From contig CALXKU010000013.1 in assembly GCA_944389025.1 (NCBI GenBank), positions 2,868 through 66,867 on the forward strand: a stretch of 64,000 bases of DNA, in the 5' to 3' direction. Made by a program: the position numbers and the translations under genes. The notes beneath the pieces were generated by a model. The model worked only from the letters and a program-made list of their open reading frames with translations, did not search any database and had not been told where the DNA came from. The stretch's first letter is position 1. Every line of letters begins with the position of its first letter. The DNA comes from an uncultured Spirochaetaceae bacterium. Its GTDB lineage: Bacteria; Spirochaetota; Spirochaetia; Sphaerochaetales; Sphaerochaetaceae. Shown here in pieces: positions 19,201-28,685 of the stretch.

Positions 19201-20308
19201 CCCGAGCATGGCCGCAATCAATAACGGGCAGGGATTTGAGGCGGGAAGCCGGATGCTCTGGTATGTTTCGAAGACACTTACGGACATATTCGGCCCCTCA
19301 CTTCTTTTCAGAACCTGGGAGGCTGAATTCATAGCCTTCTGTCCGAATACGACGAAAGAAGTCTTTCTAGGGAGATGCTCGAGGCTCAACTCGATAATCC
19401 AGCGCCGCTACCCTAAAGAGATAAGAATTGGAGAGGCGTGGGCGGACGGCGTCTTCTCAGGGAGAAAACTCGTCGAGGAAGCAAGGCAGGACATGAGGGA
19501 AGAAAAGGATGAGTTCTTCTCATCATCCCCATCCATACTGTCGATGGGGAAACTCCTTCCTCACCATGACCCGTCACTACCGCAGCCCGTGGTCTTCTAC
19601 CAGCCTCAGATTGACATGTCAACAGGCTCTATGATCGGGGCGGAAGCCCTTGTAAGAGGAATCGATAGAGACGGCTCACTGATTCCACCTTCCAGATTCA
19701 TAGATACTCTGGAGGAGAAAGGAACCATAAGGGAGCTTGACATGTTCGTACTCAATGCCGCACTCTCCCAGGTTGCGCTATGGAAGAAGGAGGGGTATGG
19801 CACGATTCCCGTCACCGTCAATTTCTCCAGGATCACCTTGCTCTACCCTTCGACACTCGCATCCGTACTCGCAATCCAGAGCAGATATCCGGAGATTGCA
19901 CCCAGCACTCTGGAGCTTGAGATCACAGAAGGTTCCGCAGTCCTAGAGAACAAGGAATTCAGGAGTCTTGTCGACAAGTTCAGAAACTACGGTCTACATA
20001 TAAGCCTGGATGATTTCGGGTCCAAATATGCAAACCTGTCACTCTTTACAAATGTCATGTTCGACACAGTGAAGCTAGACAGGTCCCTGATAAGCGAGCT
20101 TGCAGATAATCAGATCAACAGGATGCTCGTCCACGATCTGGTACAGCTATGCAATGCAAGGGGCATGAGATGCATCGCAGAGGGGGTTGAGACAGAGGAG
20201 CAGAGGAAGGCCCTTTTAGAAGCGGGATGCCATTTTGCTCAGGGATTCTATTATGACAAACCTCTATCCCAAGAGCAGTTTGAAGAGAAATATCTGAGAA
20301 AAAACTAG
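16253..20308 (+). CDS. multidomain c-di-GMP signalling protein (GGDEF-PAS-degenerate GGDEF-GAF-degenerate GGDEF-EAL)
   Basis: Canonical GGDEF at nt 16547-16561. GGDEF-like folds carry GPDRF (about 18250) and WEAEF (about 19315) in place of the motif. A GAF-like block spans about 18670-18990. The EAL domain has EALVR at 19643-19651, plus DDFGS and EGVET. Confidence 0.9.
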   Translation: MESLKTPSIGIDQIEELLQRATKDALSGLLNRATMEMHISQRLNEMSQDESCALFIIDLDAFKRVNDTLGHQAGDMAIQESAKILSHIFRGSDIVGRLGGDEFAVFMCGADITEDLVRNKGAAICDNLQMTIGDKGDVPLTASVGISFYKGAEKFDKMYQDADLALYKAKKTGKNTYCLKSWDFYHGRDESDDYHLVNTIPIGSLLEGLDSGIALLEVDDEINVIYVSPNLAKMLHIEKDVKLPIPVSTWIHPDDYQVFKTTLEKTIVSGEQVGQTQRVKINKNEDWTWWHIKAVRIKFSSTKPVVLVTTNDVTDFKEKEKELQKENELLQAAFAQTSQHLWQVDIEKRLFITYDMTGSDYKKEMTFSFPDELISSGIIHANSVDKFKEFAKGLLSGQTEGYGTFIVRYQETGSYGWVAMSYKMMFDEVGNAVRAIGIEDTLSSSFFQDSPESLPTRLMPEAMLSDLILHMHLNLSRDSIEEFWLEGKDILGNLESYSASMILSKIRGKLERNENEKEIVEFYDTDYIITHFQSDEDWMVLEGHGIDRGGNIRRIRHVWHITTSPFTREKMLNAYLIQSTIPDEWDSILKKQQQHMDQSLLYDRSVMDNIAASIFQEPASMARTVGIFQISGLNISEQEKQGNLRKSIGAILSMSLGGSSVLGNYGPDRFFILFPSPGGKESLRHRVEQAITFIRRVLKKDLEHEQIRFIVGLAIQSPGGVGYGTLLTAAAYSCTRRWNSPVDTISFANEAEEQDWTMLQDTEGEDRVSVLKQELGKPLSESEKDVAFNCMSIMLSADSLDASVQGVLRNIGMYYQADRVYVLYVANDRKVITMPFEWDDPCKCSVQQVVSGMLIENFPLIKRCMEEKAPIFLTRSEKIKRENAGEQDKKWYFSAYPLEVHGVIEGFLCIENAKKYPTNAALFSTLIPYILREKERFNGNGKEQSGKTVEQLMGLPDLRSYMNTISQLDSEKYNTLGAVCVDIPSMAAINNGQGFEAGSRMLWYVSKTLTDIFGPSLLFRTWEAEFIAFCPNTTKEVFLGRCSRLNSIIQRRYPKEIRIGEAWADGVFSGRKLVEEARQDMREEKDEFFSSSPSILSMGKLLPHHDPSLPQPVVFYQPQIDMSTGSMIGAEALVRGIDRDGSLIPPSRFIDTLEEKGTIRELDMFVLNAALSQVALWKKEGYGTIPVTVNFSRITLLYPSTLASVLAIQSRYPEIAPSTLELEITEGSAVLENKEFRSLVDKFRNYGLHISLDDFGSKYANLSLFTNVMFDTVKLDRSLISELADNQINRMLVHDLVQLCNARGMRCIAEGVETEEQRKALLEAGCHFAQGFYYDKPLSQEQFEEKYLRKN

Positions 20309-20359
20309 CAGGAGAGAACCATTCAAGGTAAATTAAGAAAACAAAGGAGGGTGAAGCAC

Positions 20360-22924
20360 ATGAGCCAGGAAGAAGAGACAAGAAACAAGAAAGAGAGAAA
20401 GAAGAAGACATCCCCTCTCGTAATCGGAATCGGAGCCTCCGCAGGAGGGCTTGAAGCCCTGCAGCAGTTCTTCGATTGCATGCCGTCGCATAGCGGACTG
20501 AGCTTCGTGATAATTCAGCATCTTTCCCCTGACTATAAGAGTCTTATGGCCGACATACTTGCAAAGCACACTGAGATGAACGTATTTCAGGCGGACAATC
20601 AGATGCCTGTGCTTGCGAACACCGTCTATCTTATTCCCCCAAAGAAGTACATGACGATAAAGGACGGGCATCTCATCCTCTCCGACTATGATACGGGAAC
20701 GCTCAACCATCCTATCGACGTCTTCTTCACATCTCTTGCCGAAGACAGAAAGGAACAGGCGATTGTAGCTGTGCTCTCAGGCACGGGCTCAGATGGTACG
20801 AACGGAGTAAAAGCTGTTAAAGAGAAAGGTGGACTTGTCATTGCACAGGCACCGGAGAGTGCGAAATTCGACGGGATGCCTAGAAGCGTTATAAATACGG
20901 GTCTTGCCGATTTCGTCCTCTCCCCAGAGGAGATAGCTGAGGAGATACTCAACTTCTCAACTACTCCAACCCTGCTTCGTGGGAAACAGGGTGAGACTAC
21001 GCTCACAGAGGAGGACGAACTCTTCAGTGAGGAGGAGACGCTGTCCCACATATATGCAATACTCAAAAATGCAAGCGGAATAGACTTCACATACTACAAG
21101 CGTTCCACGATCTTAAGGAGGATCGAGAGGAGGATGCTCGTCACGCACACATCCTCGCTCACGGAGTTCGCACACCTTCTGGGAGACAGTCCTGAAGAGG
21201 TTAACATACTTGTAAAAGAGATACTGATAGGAGTGACCAATTTCTTCCGCGATCCCGCGTTCTTCGAGAAACTCAAGTACAATGCGATCTACAAGATCGT
21301 TGACAAAGCGAAGGAGGATGAGCCAATCAGAGTCTGGAGCGCAGGATGCTCCACAGGGGAGGAGGCATATTCGATAGCTATACTCTTTTCCGAGGTCATG
21401 GAAGAGCTTGAGGTGTCACGCGATGTCAAGATTTTCGCAACCGATGTCGACAGCAAGGCAATCGAACAGGCAGGCAAAGGGGTGTTCTCAGAGAACATAA
21501 TCGACGATGTCACTCCGGACAGGCTGTCAAAGTACTTCATAAAGCAGAACGACCAGTACCAGATCTGCAAGGAAATCAGGAAAATGATAGTCTTTGCGAC
21601 GCACAACATGTTCTCAGACCCTCCGTTCGGTAAGCTTGATCTGATTGTCTGCCGCAACGTCATGATCTACTTCCAGCCAGTGCTGAGAAGAGGCCTCTTC
21701 GCCATCTTCCATTCCGCACTGAAGAACAATGGATATCTCTTCCTTGGCAAGAGCGAGACTGCAGGGGAATACGTCAACCTGTTCAAACCCGTATGCAGCG
21801 CGGAGAAGATATACATCCACAAGGGAGAGGGAAAGGTCGAAGATCTCACACCGCCCGCATTCAACATTCCAAACATACAGACGATTTCCCCTTCAAGCAT
21901 AAGATCCGCAAGCATGCAGAGCGACGGCTCGGATGATGAGGCAAAATATACGAAATTCCTTGAGACGTTTCTGCCACCATCGGTAGTAATCGACGGCAAT
22001 GACAACATAATCCATTTCTTCGGCTCTTACGGCGATTACCTCTCAATCGCTCCGGGAAAGGCGAGTCTCAACCTATTTACTATGCTCAACAAGGATCTCA
22101 GACTCGTTGCCGCAACCGGGCTGAGCAGGGTTAAATCCGAAAAGACCGCTATAACATACACCGACATAGCAGTAGACACCGCTTCGGGAAGGAAAGTCAT
22201 AAACCTGACAATCCAGCCGGTACCACCGGCAGATGGGGAGGATGAGGGGAATCTCACGGCGATACTCTTTTTGGAGAACAAACCTTCCGAGATCAATGGC
22301 AAGGTGGAGAAGTACGACCTTGATGAGACGGCGGCAAAACGCATAGCGGAGCTTGAACATGAATTTGCAGTCTCCCAGAGCGATCTGAAATCCACGATTC
22401 AGCGCCTTGAAACGGTGAACGGGGAGCTCCAGGCGGCGAACGAGGAGCTACTCACCGCCAATGAGGAGCTACAGAGCTCTACAGAGGAACTGCAGTCCGT
22501 AAACGAGGAGCTTTATACGGTTAATACCGAGCACCAGCTTAAGCTTGATGAGCTTACGATGATGACGAACGACCTCTCAAACTTCCTCTCATCCACCATG
22601 ATAGGAATACTCTTTGTCGACAGCAATCTGAACATAAGAAAGTTCACCGAGTATGTCGGAAGGGAGTTCCAGCTCATGGAGCATGATATCGGGCGTTCGA
22701 TAAAGATATTCGCGCACTCATTCCCTGATGAGGCCATAGAAGATGACTGCCAGACGGTACTGAGAGACCTTGTCTCCATAGACAGGGAAGTCACAGCGAT
22801 GAACGGAAGGTACTATACACTGAGAATCGCACCATACCGGACAACGGAAAACAGCATCCGCGGCCTCGTCATAACAATCATAGACAGCCTCGGAACAGCT
22901 GCACACGAGAAAAACAAGGAGTGA
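20360..22924 (+). CDS. CheB methylesterase-CheR methyltransferase fusion with coiled coil and C-terminal PAS
   Basis: CheB-like N-terminus (GASAGGLEAL..VIIQH), CheR SAM-binding block (RVWSAGCSTGEE..DL..CRNV.IYF), heptad repeats (NEEL..ANEELQS..EELQS.NEEL) and a PAS-like C-terminus. ATG 20360 is 9 nt after AGGAGG; the track start is GTG 20351. Confidence 0.85.
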   Translation: MSQEEETRNKKERKKKTSPLVIGIGASAGGLEALQQFFDCMPSHSGLSFVIIQHLSPDYKSLMADILAKHTEMNVFQADNQMPVLANTVYLIPPKKYMTIKDGHLILSDYDTGTLNHPIDVFFTSLAEDRKEQAIVAVLSGTGSDGTNGVKAVKEKGGLVIAQAPESAKFDGMPRSVINTGLADFVLSPEEIAEEILNFSTTPTLLRGKQGETTLTEEDELFSEEETLSHIYAILKNASGIDFTYYKRSTILRRIERRMLVTHTSSLTEFAHLLGDSPEEVNILVKEILIGVTNFFRDPAFFEKLKYNAIYKIVDKAKEDEPIRVWSAGCSTGEEAYSIAILFSEVMEELEVSRDVKIFATDVDSKAIEQAGKGVFSENIIDDVTPDRLSKYFIKQNDQYQICKEIRKMIVFATHNMFSDPPFGKLDLIVCRNVMIYFQPVLRRGLFAIFHSALKNNGYLFLGKSETAGEYVNLFKPVCSAEKIYIHKGEGKVEDLTPPAFNIPNIQTISPSSIRSASMQSDGSDDEAKYTKFLETFLPPSVVIDGNDNIIHFFGSYGDYLSIAPGKASLNLFTMLNKDLRLVAATGLSRVKSEKTAITYTDIAVDTASGRKVINLTIQPVPPADGEDEGNLTAILFLENKPSEINGKVEKYDLDETAAKRIAELEHEFAVSQSDLKSTIQRLETVNGELQAANEELLTANEELQSSTEELQSVNEELYTVNTEHQLKLDELTMMTNDLSNFLSSTMIGILFVDSNLNIRKFTEYVGREFQLMEHDIGRSIKIFAHSFPDEAIEDDCQTVLRDLVSIDREVTAMNGRYYTLRIAPYRTTENSIRGLVITIIDSLGTAAHEKNKE

Positions 22925-22932
22925 GAAACGCC

Positions 22933-23529
22933 TTAAACAAGAATCTCATCGAGCCTTTCACATCTGAGGGGCTCGAGCCCATCAAATGTAATAAGATAGC
23001 CAAGGCCATTAGGAACATTCATACTTAAAAAACTTGATTTCTCAAGATTGAAAAGGGAGATTACAAGAGCTCTCATAATACCTGAATGCGTTACTATCGT
23101 GGCAGAGCTCCCACCCTCCTCCTCGCACTTTCTGACAGTTCCGAGAAATGCCTTCCTCGCCCGCTCCATCACAGGAGTAAGTGTCTCCTCATCCCTCATG
23201 GGCACATCGCAAACCCAGGAAGAGAAATAATCAAGCATCTCAGCCTCATTCGCAAGAACATGCCCCTCTAGCGAGCGGAAGTTAATTTCCTTGTAATCAT
23301 CACTGATTACCGGACTCTTATCTGGAAAGAGGAGATGAGAAGTATCAACGCACCTGGTAAGGGATGATGAGAAATAAGCCTCGCTCTCAGGATACCTAAG
23401 GCTCTCCCTCATCCTGATAAGCTCTGCTCTTCCATGCTCTGTCAGAGACACGTCCATCCATCCCGAGAGCATATGATTAACGTTAGCCACGCTCTCACCA
23501 TGGCGCACCAAAGTAAGCCTGAATTCCAT
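22933..23529 (-). CDS. histidine phosphatase family protein (phosphoglycerate mutase-like)
   Basis: RHGES motif (LVRHGESVAN) at the N-terminus and a later TH.G motif (IVTHSGIMRA). GGAGGA lies 6 nt upstream of the ATG. Confidence 0.8.
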   Translation of the reverse strand: MEFRLTLVRHGESVANVNHMLSGWMDVSLTEHGRAELIRMRESLRYPESEAYFSSSLTRCVDTSHLLFPDKSPVISDDYKEINFRSLEGHVLANEAEMLDYFSSWVCDVPMRDEETLTPVMERARKAFLGTVRKCEEEGGSSATIVTHSGIMRALVISLFNLEKSSFLSMNVPNGLGYLITFDGLEPLRCERLDEILV

Positions 23530-23683
23530 CTCACATCCTCCGCATCATAGAGATATTATGAAAATATGATGGAGTATGACAAGCTCAGAGCCAAAGAGGA
23601 AAAAACAAGGTGCGAGAGATCATACTCTTATGCATTAATTTTCAGAAAAAACAAAAAAATTCCGATATTTTCTGCATAAGCTA

Positions 23684-23712
23684 TTGCATAACGCCCTGAA
23701 TATGCGTATAAA
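23684..23712 (+). promoter_or_regulatory. putative sigma70-type promoter of the amino-acid ABC operon
   Basis: TTGCAT, 17 nt, then TATAAA, ending 49 nt upstream of the ATG at 23761. Confidence 0.35.
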
Positions 23713-23760
23713 TATACAAAAATTTAAATATAGAAATCATATTAGGGAGAGAAAAGGAAA

Positions 23761-24576
23761 ATGAAAAAATTTCTCAGCTTTGTAGTCTTAGCACTTGTTC
23801 TCGTAGCATTCTCAGCCCCTCTTTTCGCAGGTGGTGCAGCAGAAGAGACTTCCGCTCTTCAGACAATCAAGGACAGAGGCCGCCTTATCGTCGGAACAGA
23901 GGCACAGTATGCCCCTTATGAATTCAGAGATATGAACAACAATATCGTTGGATGTGACATGTTCCTTGCCGAAAAGATTGCGGATGCCATCGGCGTTGAG
24001 CTTGAAATAGTTGACATGGCTTTCGATGGAATCATCCCTGCGGTACAGTCCGGACAGGTAGACATCGGCCTCGCAGCTTTCACAAACACCCCTGAGAGAG
24101 CTGAGGTTATCGACTTCTCATCAATTTACGAGGAGAGCCAGCAGTATCTGGTGGTCGCAGCTGGCAATGAGGATGTATATACATCAGCAGAGGCTCTCGC
24201 AGGAAAGCAGGTAGGAGCACAGAGAGGTACGATCCAGTCCCAGCTCATTTTAAAGACTTTCCCTGATTCTCAGCTCTTCGAGCTTGCAAAGTACCCAGAG
24301 CTCGCACTTGAGGTTCAGAATGGGAATATCGCAGGTCTCGTAGTTGATGCTGCTGTCGGGGACTCAATCATCGCATCCAGTGACGGAAAGCTCGTAAAGG
24401 CAAACTTCACATTCGACTCAAAGGAAGCACTCTTCGGTAAGTCTGCTGTTGTGAAGAAGGGAAGCGCCGATTTCCTCCAAGAAGTCAACAAGGTTATCGA
24501 GCAGGTTGTTGCTGACGGCTCATACCAGCAGGCATATGACGATGCTGTAGCACTTCAGAAGGAACTCGGTCTCTGA
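23761..24576 (+). CDS. amino-acid ABC transporter substrate-binding protein (family 3)
   Basis: Signal peptide ending LFAGG. The L.VGT....PYEF and D...GL core is typical of polar amino-acid binding proteins. Confidence 0.85.
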   Translation: MKKFLSFVVLALVLVAFSAPLFAGGAAEETSALQTIKDRGRLIVGTEAQYAPYEFRDMNNNIVGCDMFLAEKIADAIGVELEIVDMAFDGIIPAVQSGQVDIGLAAFTNTPERAEVIDFSSIYEESQQYLVVAAGNEDVYTSAEALAGKQVGAQRGTIQSQLILKTFPDSQLFELAKYPELALEVQNGNIAGLVVDAAVGDSIIASSDGKLVKANFTFDSKEALFGKSAVVKKGSADFLQEVNKVIEQVVADGSYQQAYDDAVALQKELGL

Positions 24577-24578
24577 TT

Positions 24579-25274
24579 ATGGGCTTCTTCGAGCAGATTG
24601 CAGCAATACTGCAACAGTATACCCCGTTCTTTCTTGACGGTATAAAAAACACCCTCATCATTGCAGCCCTGAGCGTAGTGCTGGGGGCTGTTTTCGGTAC
24701 CCTTATGGCGATAATGAGGATGTGCAAGATAAAGCCTCTCAGATGGCTTGCTACCGCTTATATCGAATTCGTACGCGGAACTCCTCTCATGGTCCAGCTG
24801 ATGTTCATATTCTACGGGCTTCCGATGGTCGGCATACAGTTTCCCGACATCTCATGGATTCCGAACTTCTCCCGTTTCATGGCAGGAATTGTCGCAATGA
24901 GCATCAACAGCTGCGCTTATGTTGCCGAGGTTATCAGATCCGGAATACAGGCTGTGGATGAGGGACAGATGGAAGCGGCAAGGAGCATAGGCTTCAAATA
25001 CGGGGAATCGATGAAGCTCGTAATCCTTCCGCAGGCTATCAGAAACATCCTTCCAGCCCTTGGAAACGAGTTCGTAACCGTCATAAAGGAATCATCGATT
25101 GTTTCTGTAATCGGAATATCGGATCTCATGTACAGCACGAACGGAGTCATCGCCATCACATACAGAAGCCTGCCATGCCTTGCGATAGCGGCATGTCTCT
25201 ACTTCATACTCACGTTCACGGGAAGCAGGCTGATCGCAGTACTTGAAAAGAGGATGAAGCATGGAAGGCAATAA
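24579..25274 (+). CDS. amino-acid ABC transporter permease
   Basis: His/Glu/Gln/Arg-type permease. It has the EAA-like loop (EAARS.G....M..VILPQA.R...P) and about 5 TM segments. Confidence 0.9.
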   Translation: MGFFEQIAAILQQYTPFFLDGIKNTLIIAALSVVLGAVFGTLMAIMRMCKIKPLRWLATAYIEFVRGTPLMVQLMFIFYGLPMVGIQFPDISWIPNFSRFMAGIVAMSINSCAYVAEVIRSGIQAVDEGQMEAARSIGFKYGESMKLVILPQAIRNILPALGNEFVTVIKESSIVSVIGISDLMYSTNGVIAITYRSLPCLAIAACLYFILTFTGSRLIAVLEKRMKHGRQ

Positions 25275-25998
25275 TATAATAGAAGTAAGAAACCTCTGTA
25301 AGAGTTTTGGCTCGCTTGAGGTTTTAAATGATATAAACACAGACTTCAAAGAGAAGGAAGTGGTCTCAATCATCGGGCCCTCAGGAGGCGGAAAGAGTAC
25401 GTTCCTGCGCTGTCTGAATCTCCTTGAGACTCCGACTTCCGGACAGATAATCTTCAATGGAGTGGACCTCTGTTCAAAGAAGATAGACATAAATGTTCAC
25501 AGACAGAAGATTGGAATGGTATTCCAGCACTTCAACCTGTTCAACAACATGAATGTCATGAAGAACCTTACAATCGCTCCGATGAAGATAAACGGGAAAA
25601 GCCGGGAGGAAGCCGAGGAGAAGGCCCTTGGATTTCTAAAGAGGATGGGGCTTGAGGATAAGGTCAACGCCTACCCTGCTCAGCTTTCAGGAGGACAGAA
25701 GCAGAGAATTGCTATTGTAAGATCTCTGATGATGGAACCGGAGGTGATGCTCTTCGATGAGCCCACCAGCGCCCTCGATCCTGAGATGATAGGAGAGGTC
25801 CTCGATGTCATCAAACAGCTCGCATACGATGGAATGACGATGCTCATAGTGACACATGAGATGCGCTTTGCCAGGGAAGTGAGTGACAGGATTCTTTTCC
25901 TTGATGGAGGAAAGATCGATGAGGACAGAAGTGCGGACGAGTTCTTCGATGATCCAAAGAGTCCTCGTCTTATCAGTTTTCTGAAGAAAGTTCTTTAA
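25261..25998 (+). CDS. amino-acid ABC transporter ATP-binding protein
   Basis: Walker [10 protein letters not shown], signature LSGGQKQR, Walker [12 protein letters not shown] and the H-loop VTHEM. GlnQ-like length. Confidence 0.9.
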   Translation: MEGNNIIEVRNLCKSFGSLEVLNDINTDFKEKEVVSIIGPSGGGKSTFLRCLNLLETPTSGQIIFNGVDLCSKKIDINVHRQKIGMVFQHFNLFNNMNVMKNLTIAPMKINGKSREEAEEKALGFLKRMGLEDKVNAYPAQLSGGQKQRIAIVRSLMMEPEVMLFDEPTSALDPEMIGEVLDVIKQLAYDGMTMLIVTHEMRFAREVSDRILFLDGGKIDEDRSADEFFDDPKSPRLISFLKKVL

Positions 25999-26042
25999 AA
26001 ATTTTAAAGATTAAGATAAATATCAATCATTGGAATATAAGC

Positions 26043-26076
26043 ATTGAAAAGGGAGACCTCTTTTCAATCTTTTTTT
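26043..26076 (+). terminator. rho-independent terminator-like hairpin after the ABC genes
   Basis: 9-bp stem ATTGAAAAG/CTTTTCAAT with an 8-nt loop, followed by CTTTTTTT. The stem is AT-rich, so it may be only partly efficient. Confidence 0.45.
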
Positions 26077-26083
26077 GGAGCAT

Positions 26084-27373
26084 ATGAAAAAAGATTATCA
26101 GTTCAGATATGGAAGTACGTCTGTGACCATTCCTGTTGAGGAAAGCCAGGTCATCGGCGTGATTGACGGCAATAAGACCGAACCTCTGAAAGACATAAAG
26201 GGCACCCTCATAAATACTCTGGAGAACCCGATAGACTCCCCTGCCCTTTCAGCTATTGCAAAAGATGCAAATAGCATCGTCATCGTCATAAGCGATATGA
26301 CGAGATTCTGGATGAGGCAGGATGTGATAGTCCCTATCCTGGTAGAATACCTTATCGGAAAATGCGGAAAAAGATATGAAGATCTAGAAATCATAATCGC
26401 AACCGGTACTCATGTGGGAGCTCCGGAGGAGGACCTCAGGACACTTGTCACATCCGAAATCTACGATAAGGTCCGCACTGTAAACCATGACTGCCGCTCA
26501 GAAGATCTCGTATACCTTGGAAAGACGAGCTATGGTACACCTGTGAGCGTGAACGGAGATGCGGCAAGAGCCGATCTCGTAATCTGTCTTGGTGCTGCGA
26601 CATACCATGTCATGGCAGGTTTCGGAGGAGGTAGGAAGAGCATACTTCCCGGCATCTCCAGCCTTGAGACGATAAAGCATAATCATGCTTACAGCCTCTC
26701 TCCCGATGCATTCACAACCAATCCTGAAATCGGTAACGGAGTCCTTGAGGGCAATCCGCTCAATGAGGACATGCTTGAAGCGGCGGCAATGATGAAGAAC
26801 CTCTTCATGATCACCCTTGTCACAGACACCGAATTCCGCCTCGCGTCCATCTTCTCAGGGCACTGGAAGACCTCCTGGCTAAGAGCATGCGATGAAGTCA
26901 GAGCGATATACACAGTACCGATAAAAGAGAAAGCGGATGTGGTGATTACAAGCTGCGGGGGCTTTCCAAAGGATGAATCGCTCTACCAGGGGACAAAGGC
27001 TGTCGATAACGTCATCTCCTCTCTTAAGGACGGAGGAACACTAATTCTCCTTCTTGAGGGGCGCAACGGTGGGGGAAGTCCAGACTATTTCAGCTGGATA
27101 GGGCCTCTTGTCGACGGGACATTCGAAAAAGAGCTCAGGGAGAACTTCACAGTCGGTGGCTACATCTTCTTCCTTAACTGTGAACAGGCCAGGAGATTCA
27201 ACATCCTGATGTATTCCTCCATTCCAGCAGAGACTGTGGCCCCTATGGGTATCAGGGCATACGATGACCTTGATAAGCTCTTATCTGATGCAGAGCTTGA
27301 TGGGAAATCGGTCTATATCATACCGACAGGCTCAACGGTTCTGCCGGTCGTAGAGAACAAAGAAAGTAAATAA
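26084..27373 (+). CDS. LarA-family (nickel-pincer dependent) 2-hydroxyacid racemase/epimerase homologue
   Basis: IIATGTH, HVMAGFGGGRKSILPG and IKHNH blocks match my recollection of the LarA catalytic His, the cofactor-tethering Lys and the Ni-ligand His regions. About 430 aa. The start is uncertain (TTG 26075 or ATG 26084). Confidence 0.75.
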   Translation: MKKDYQFRYGSTSVTIPVEESQVIGVIDGNKTEPLKDIKGTLINTLENPIDSPALSAIAKDANSIVIVISDMTRFWMRQDVIVPILVEYLIGKCGKRYEDLEIIIATGTHVGAPEEDLRTLVTSEIYDKVRTVNHDCRSEDLVYLGKTSYGTPVSVNGDAARADLVICLGAATYHVMAGFGGGRKSILPGISSLETIKHNHAYSLSPDAFTTNPEIGNGVLEGNPLNEDMLEAAAMMKNLFMITLVTDTEFRLASIFSGHWKTSWLRACDEVRAIYTVPIKEKADVVITSCGGFPKDESLYQGTKAVDNVISSLKDGGTLILLLEGRNGGGSPDYFSWIGPLVDGTFEKELRENFTVGGYIFFLNCEQARRFNILMYSSIPAETVAPMGIRAYDDLDKLLSDAELDGKSVYIIPTGSTVLPVVENKESK

Positions 27374-27384
27374 GAGGTGATAAC

Positions 27385-28575
27385 ATGCCAGAACTAAGCA
27401 AGAGAGTCGGAACATTCACGGATTCAGTCATAAGACGCATGACACGCATAAGCGACGCATGCCCGGGAAGCATAAACCTCTCCCAGGGATTTCCAGATTT
27501 CGATCCCCCAAAGCCACTTCTTGATGCGCTGAAGAGGGTTGCATATGAGGGACCTCACCAGTACTCCGTCACATTCGGAGCGGAAAACTTCAGAGAAGCG
27601 CTCGCAAAAAAGGTCGAAAAGAGCATGAAGCGCAAGATAGATCCTGATAAGGAGATAGTCGTCACATGCGGAGGTACAGAGGCCATGATGTGTGCCATGA
27701 TGACAATCTGCAATCCAGGAGACAAGGTCATGGTATTCTCACCTTTTTATGAGAACTACGGTGCGGATGCCATTCTCTCAGGCGCAGAGCCTATTTTCAT
27801 CCCTCTCGTTCCTCCTACCTACTCTTTCGATATCTCTCTGATTGAAGAAGGATTCAAAAACGGAGCGAAAGCTATCATAGTATGCAATCCATCAAACCCA
27901 TGCGGTAAGGTTTTCACAGAAGCTGAGCTCATGGCAATTGGAGAGCTTGCGATCAAATACGATGCGTTCGTCGTAACCGATGAAGTTTATGAGCATATAA
28001 TCTATAAGCCGAACGTACATGTCGCGGCAGCATCCCTGCCGGGAATGTTCGAGCATACGATCACATGCAACTCGCTATCGAAAACATACTCGATAACAGG
28101 ATGGCGCCTTGGATACCTCATCGGGCCGGAAGAAGTCATTGAGGCTGCAAAGAAAGTGCACGACTTCCTTACAGTAGGAGCTGCAGCCCCACTGCAGGAA
28201 GCTGCAGTAGCAGGTCTTACCCTACCGGAGAGTTACTACGAGGACTTAGGAAAGCTATATACAGAAAAGCGGGACTACTTCCTCGAAGGGCTGGACAGGA
28301 TAGGCCTTAAACACAACACCCCTCAGGGCTCGTACTTTGTTCTTGTGGACATACAGGATTTTCTGGATCTTCCACGCTTTAAAGGCTGGAGTGATCTCGA
28401 GTTCTGTGAGTGGATGGTTGAGAATATCGGGGTTGCGGCCGTTCCAGGCTCAAGCTTCTTCAGAGAGCCTGTCAACAACCTCATAAGACTCCACTTCGCA
28501 CGTTCAAAAGAGACTCTGGATCTCGCACTTGAACGCCTTTCAAAGTTCAGGGAAATCCTTGAAGAAAAGAACTGA
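27385..28575 (+). CDS. class I/II PLP-dependent aminotransferase
   Basis: NP.NP.G, the PLP-lysine block NSLSKTYSITGWRLGY and the C-terminal RL.FA motif are present. GAGGTG RBS. Confidence 0.85.
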   Translation: MPELSKRVGTFTDSVIRRMTRISDACPGSINLSQGFPDFDPPKPLLDALKRVAYEGPHQYSVTFGAENFREALAKKVEKSMKRKIDPDKEIVVTCGGTEAMMCAMMTICNPGDKVMVFSPFYENYGADAILSGAEPIFIPLVPPTYSFDISLIEEGFKNGAKAIIVCNPSNPCGKVFTEAELMAIGELAIKYDAFVVTDEVYEHIIYKPNVHVAAASLPGMFEHTITCNSLSKTYSITGWRLGYLIGPEEVIEAAKKVHDFLTVGAAAPLQEAAVAGLTLPESYYEDLGKLYTEKRDYFLEGLDRIGLKHNTPQGSYFVLVDIQDFLDLPRFKGWSDLEFCEWMVENIGVAAVPGSSFFREPVNNLIRLHFARSKETLDLALERLSKFREILEEKN

Positions 28576-28580
28576 GAACT

Positions 28581-28616
28581 AAAAAGCTCCTAGGAAGACA
28601 ATTCTGGGAGCTTTTT
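28581..28616 (+). terminator. rho-independent terminator
   Basis: Perfect 10-bp inverted repeat AAAAAGCTCC...GGAGCTTTTT with a 16-nt loop, starting 6 nt after the stop. Confidence 0.5.
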
Positions 28617-28685
28617 CAGCTCTTGAATCACCCTGCTTTGATGAAAACCTTATTTGATTGGACCCATCTGTGCTATCATGGATTC

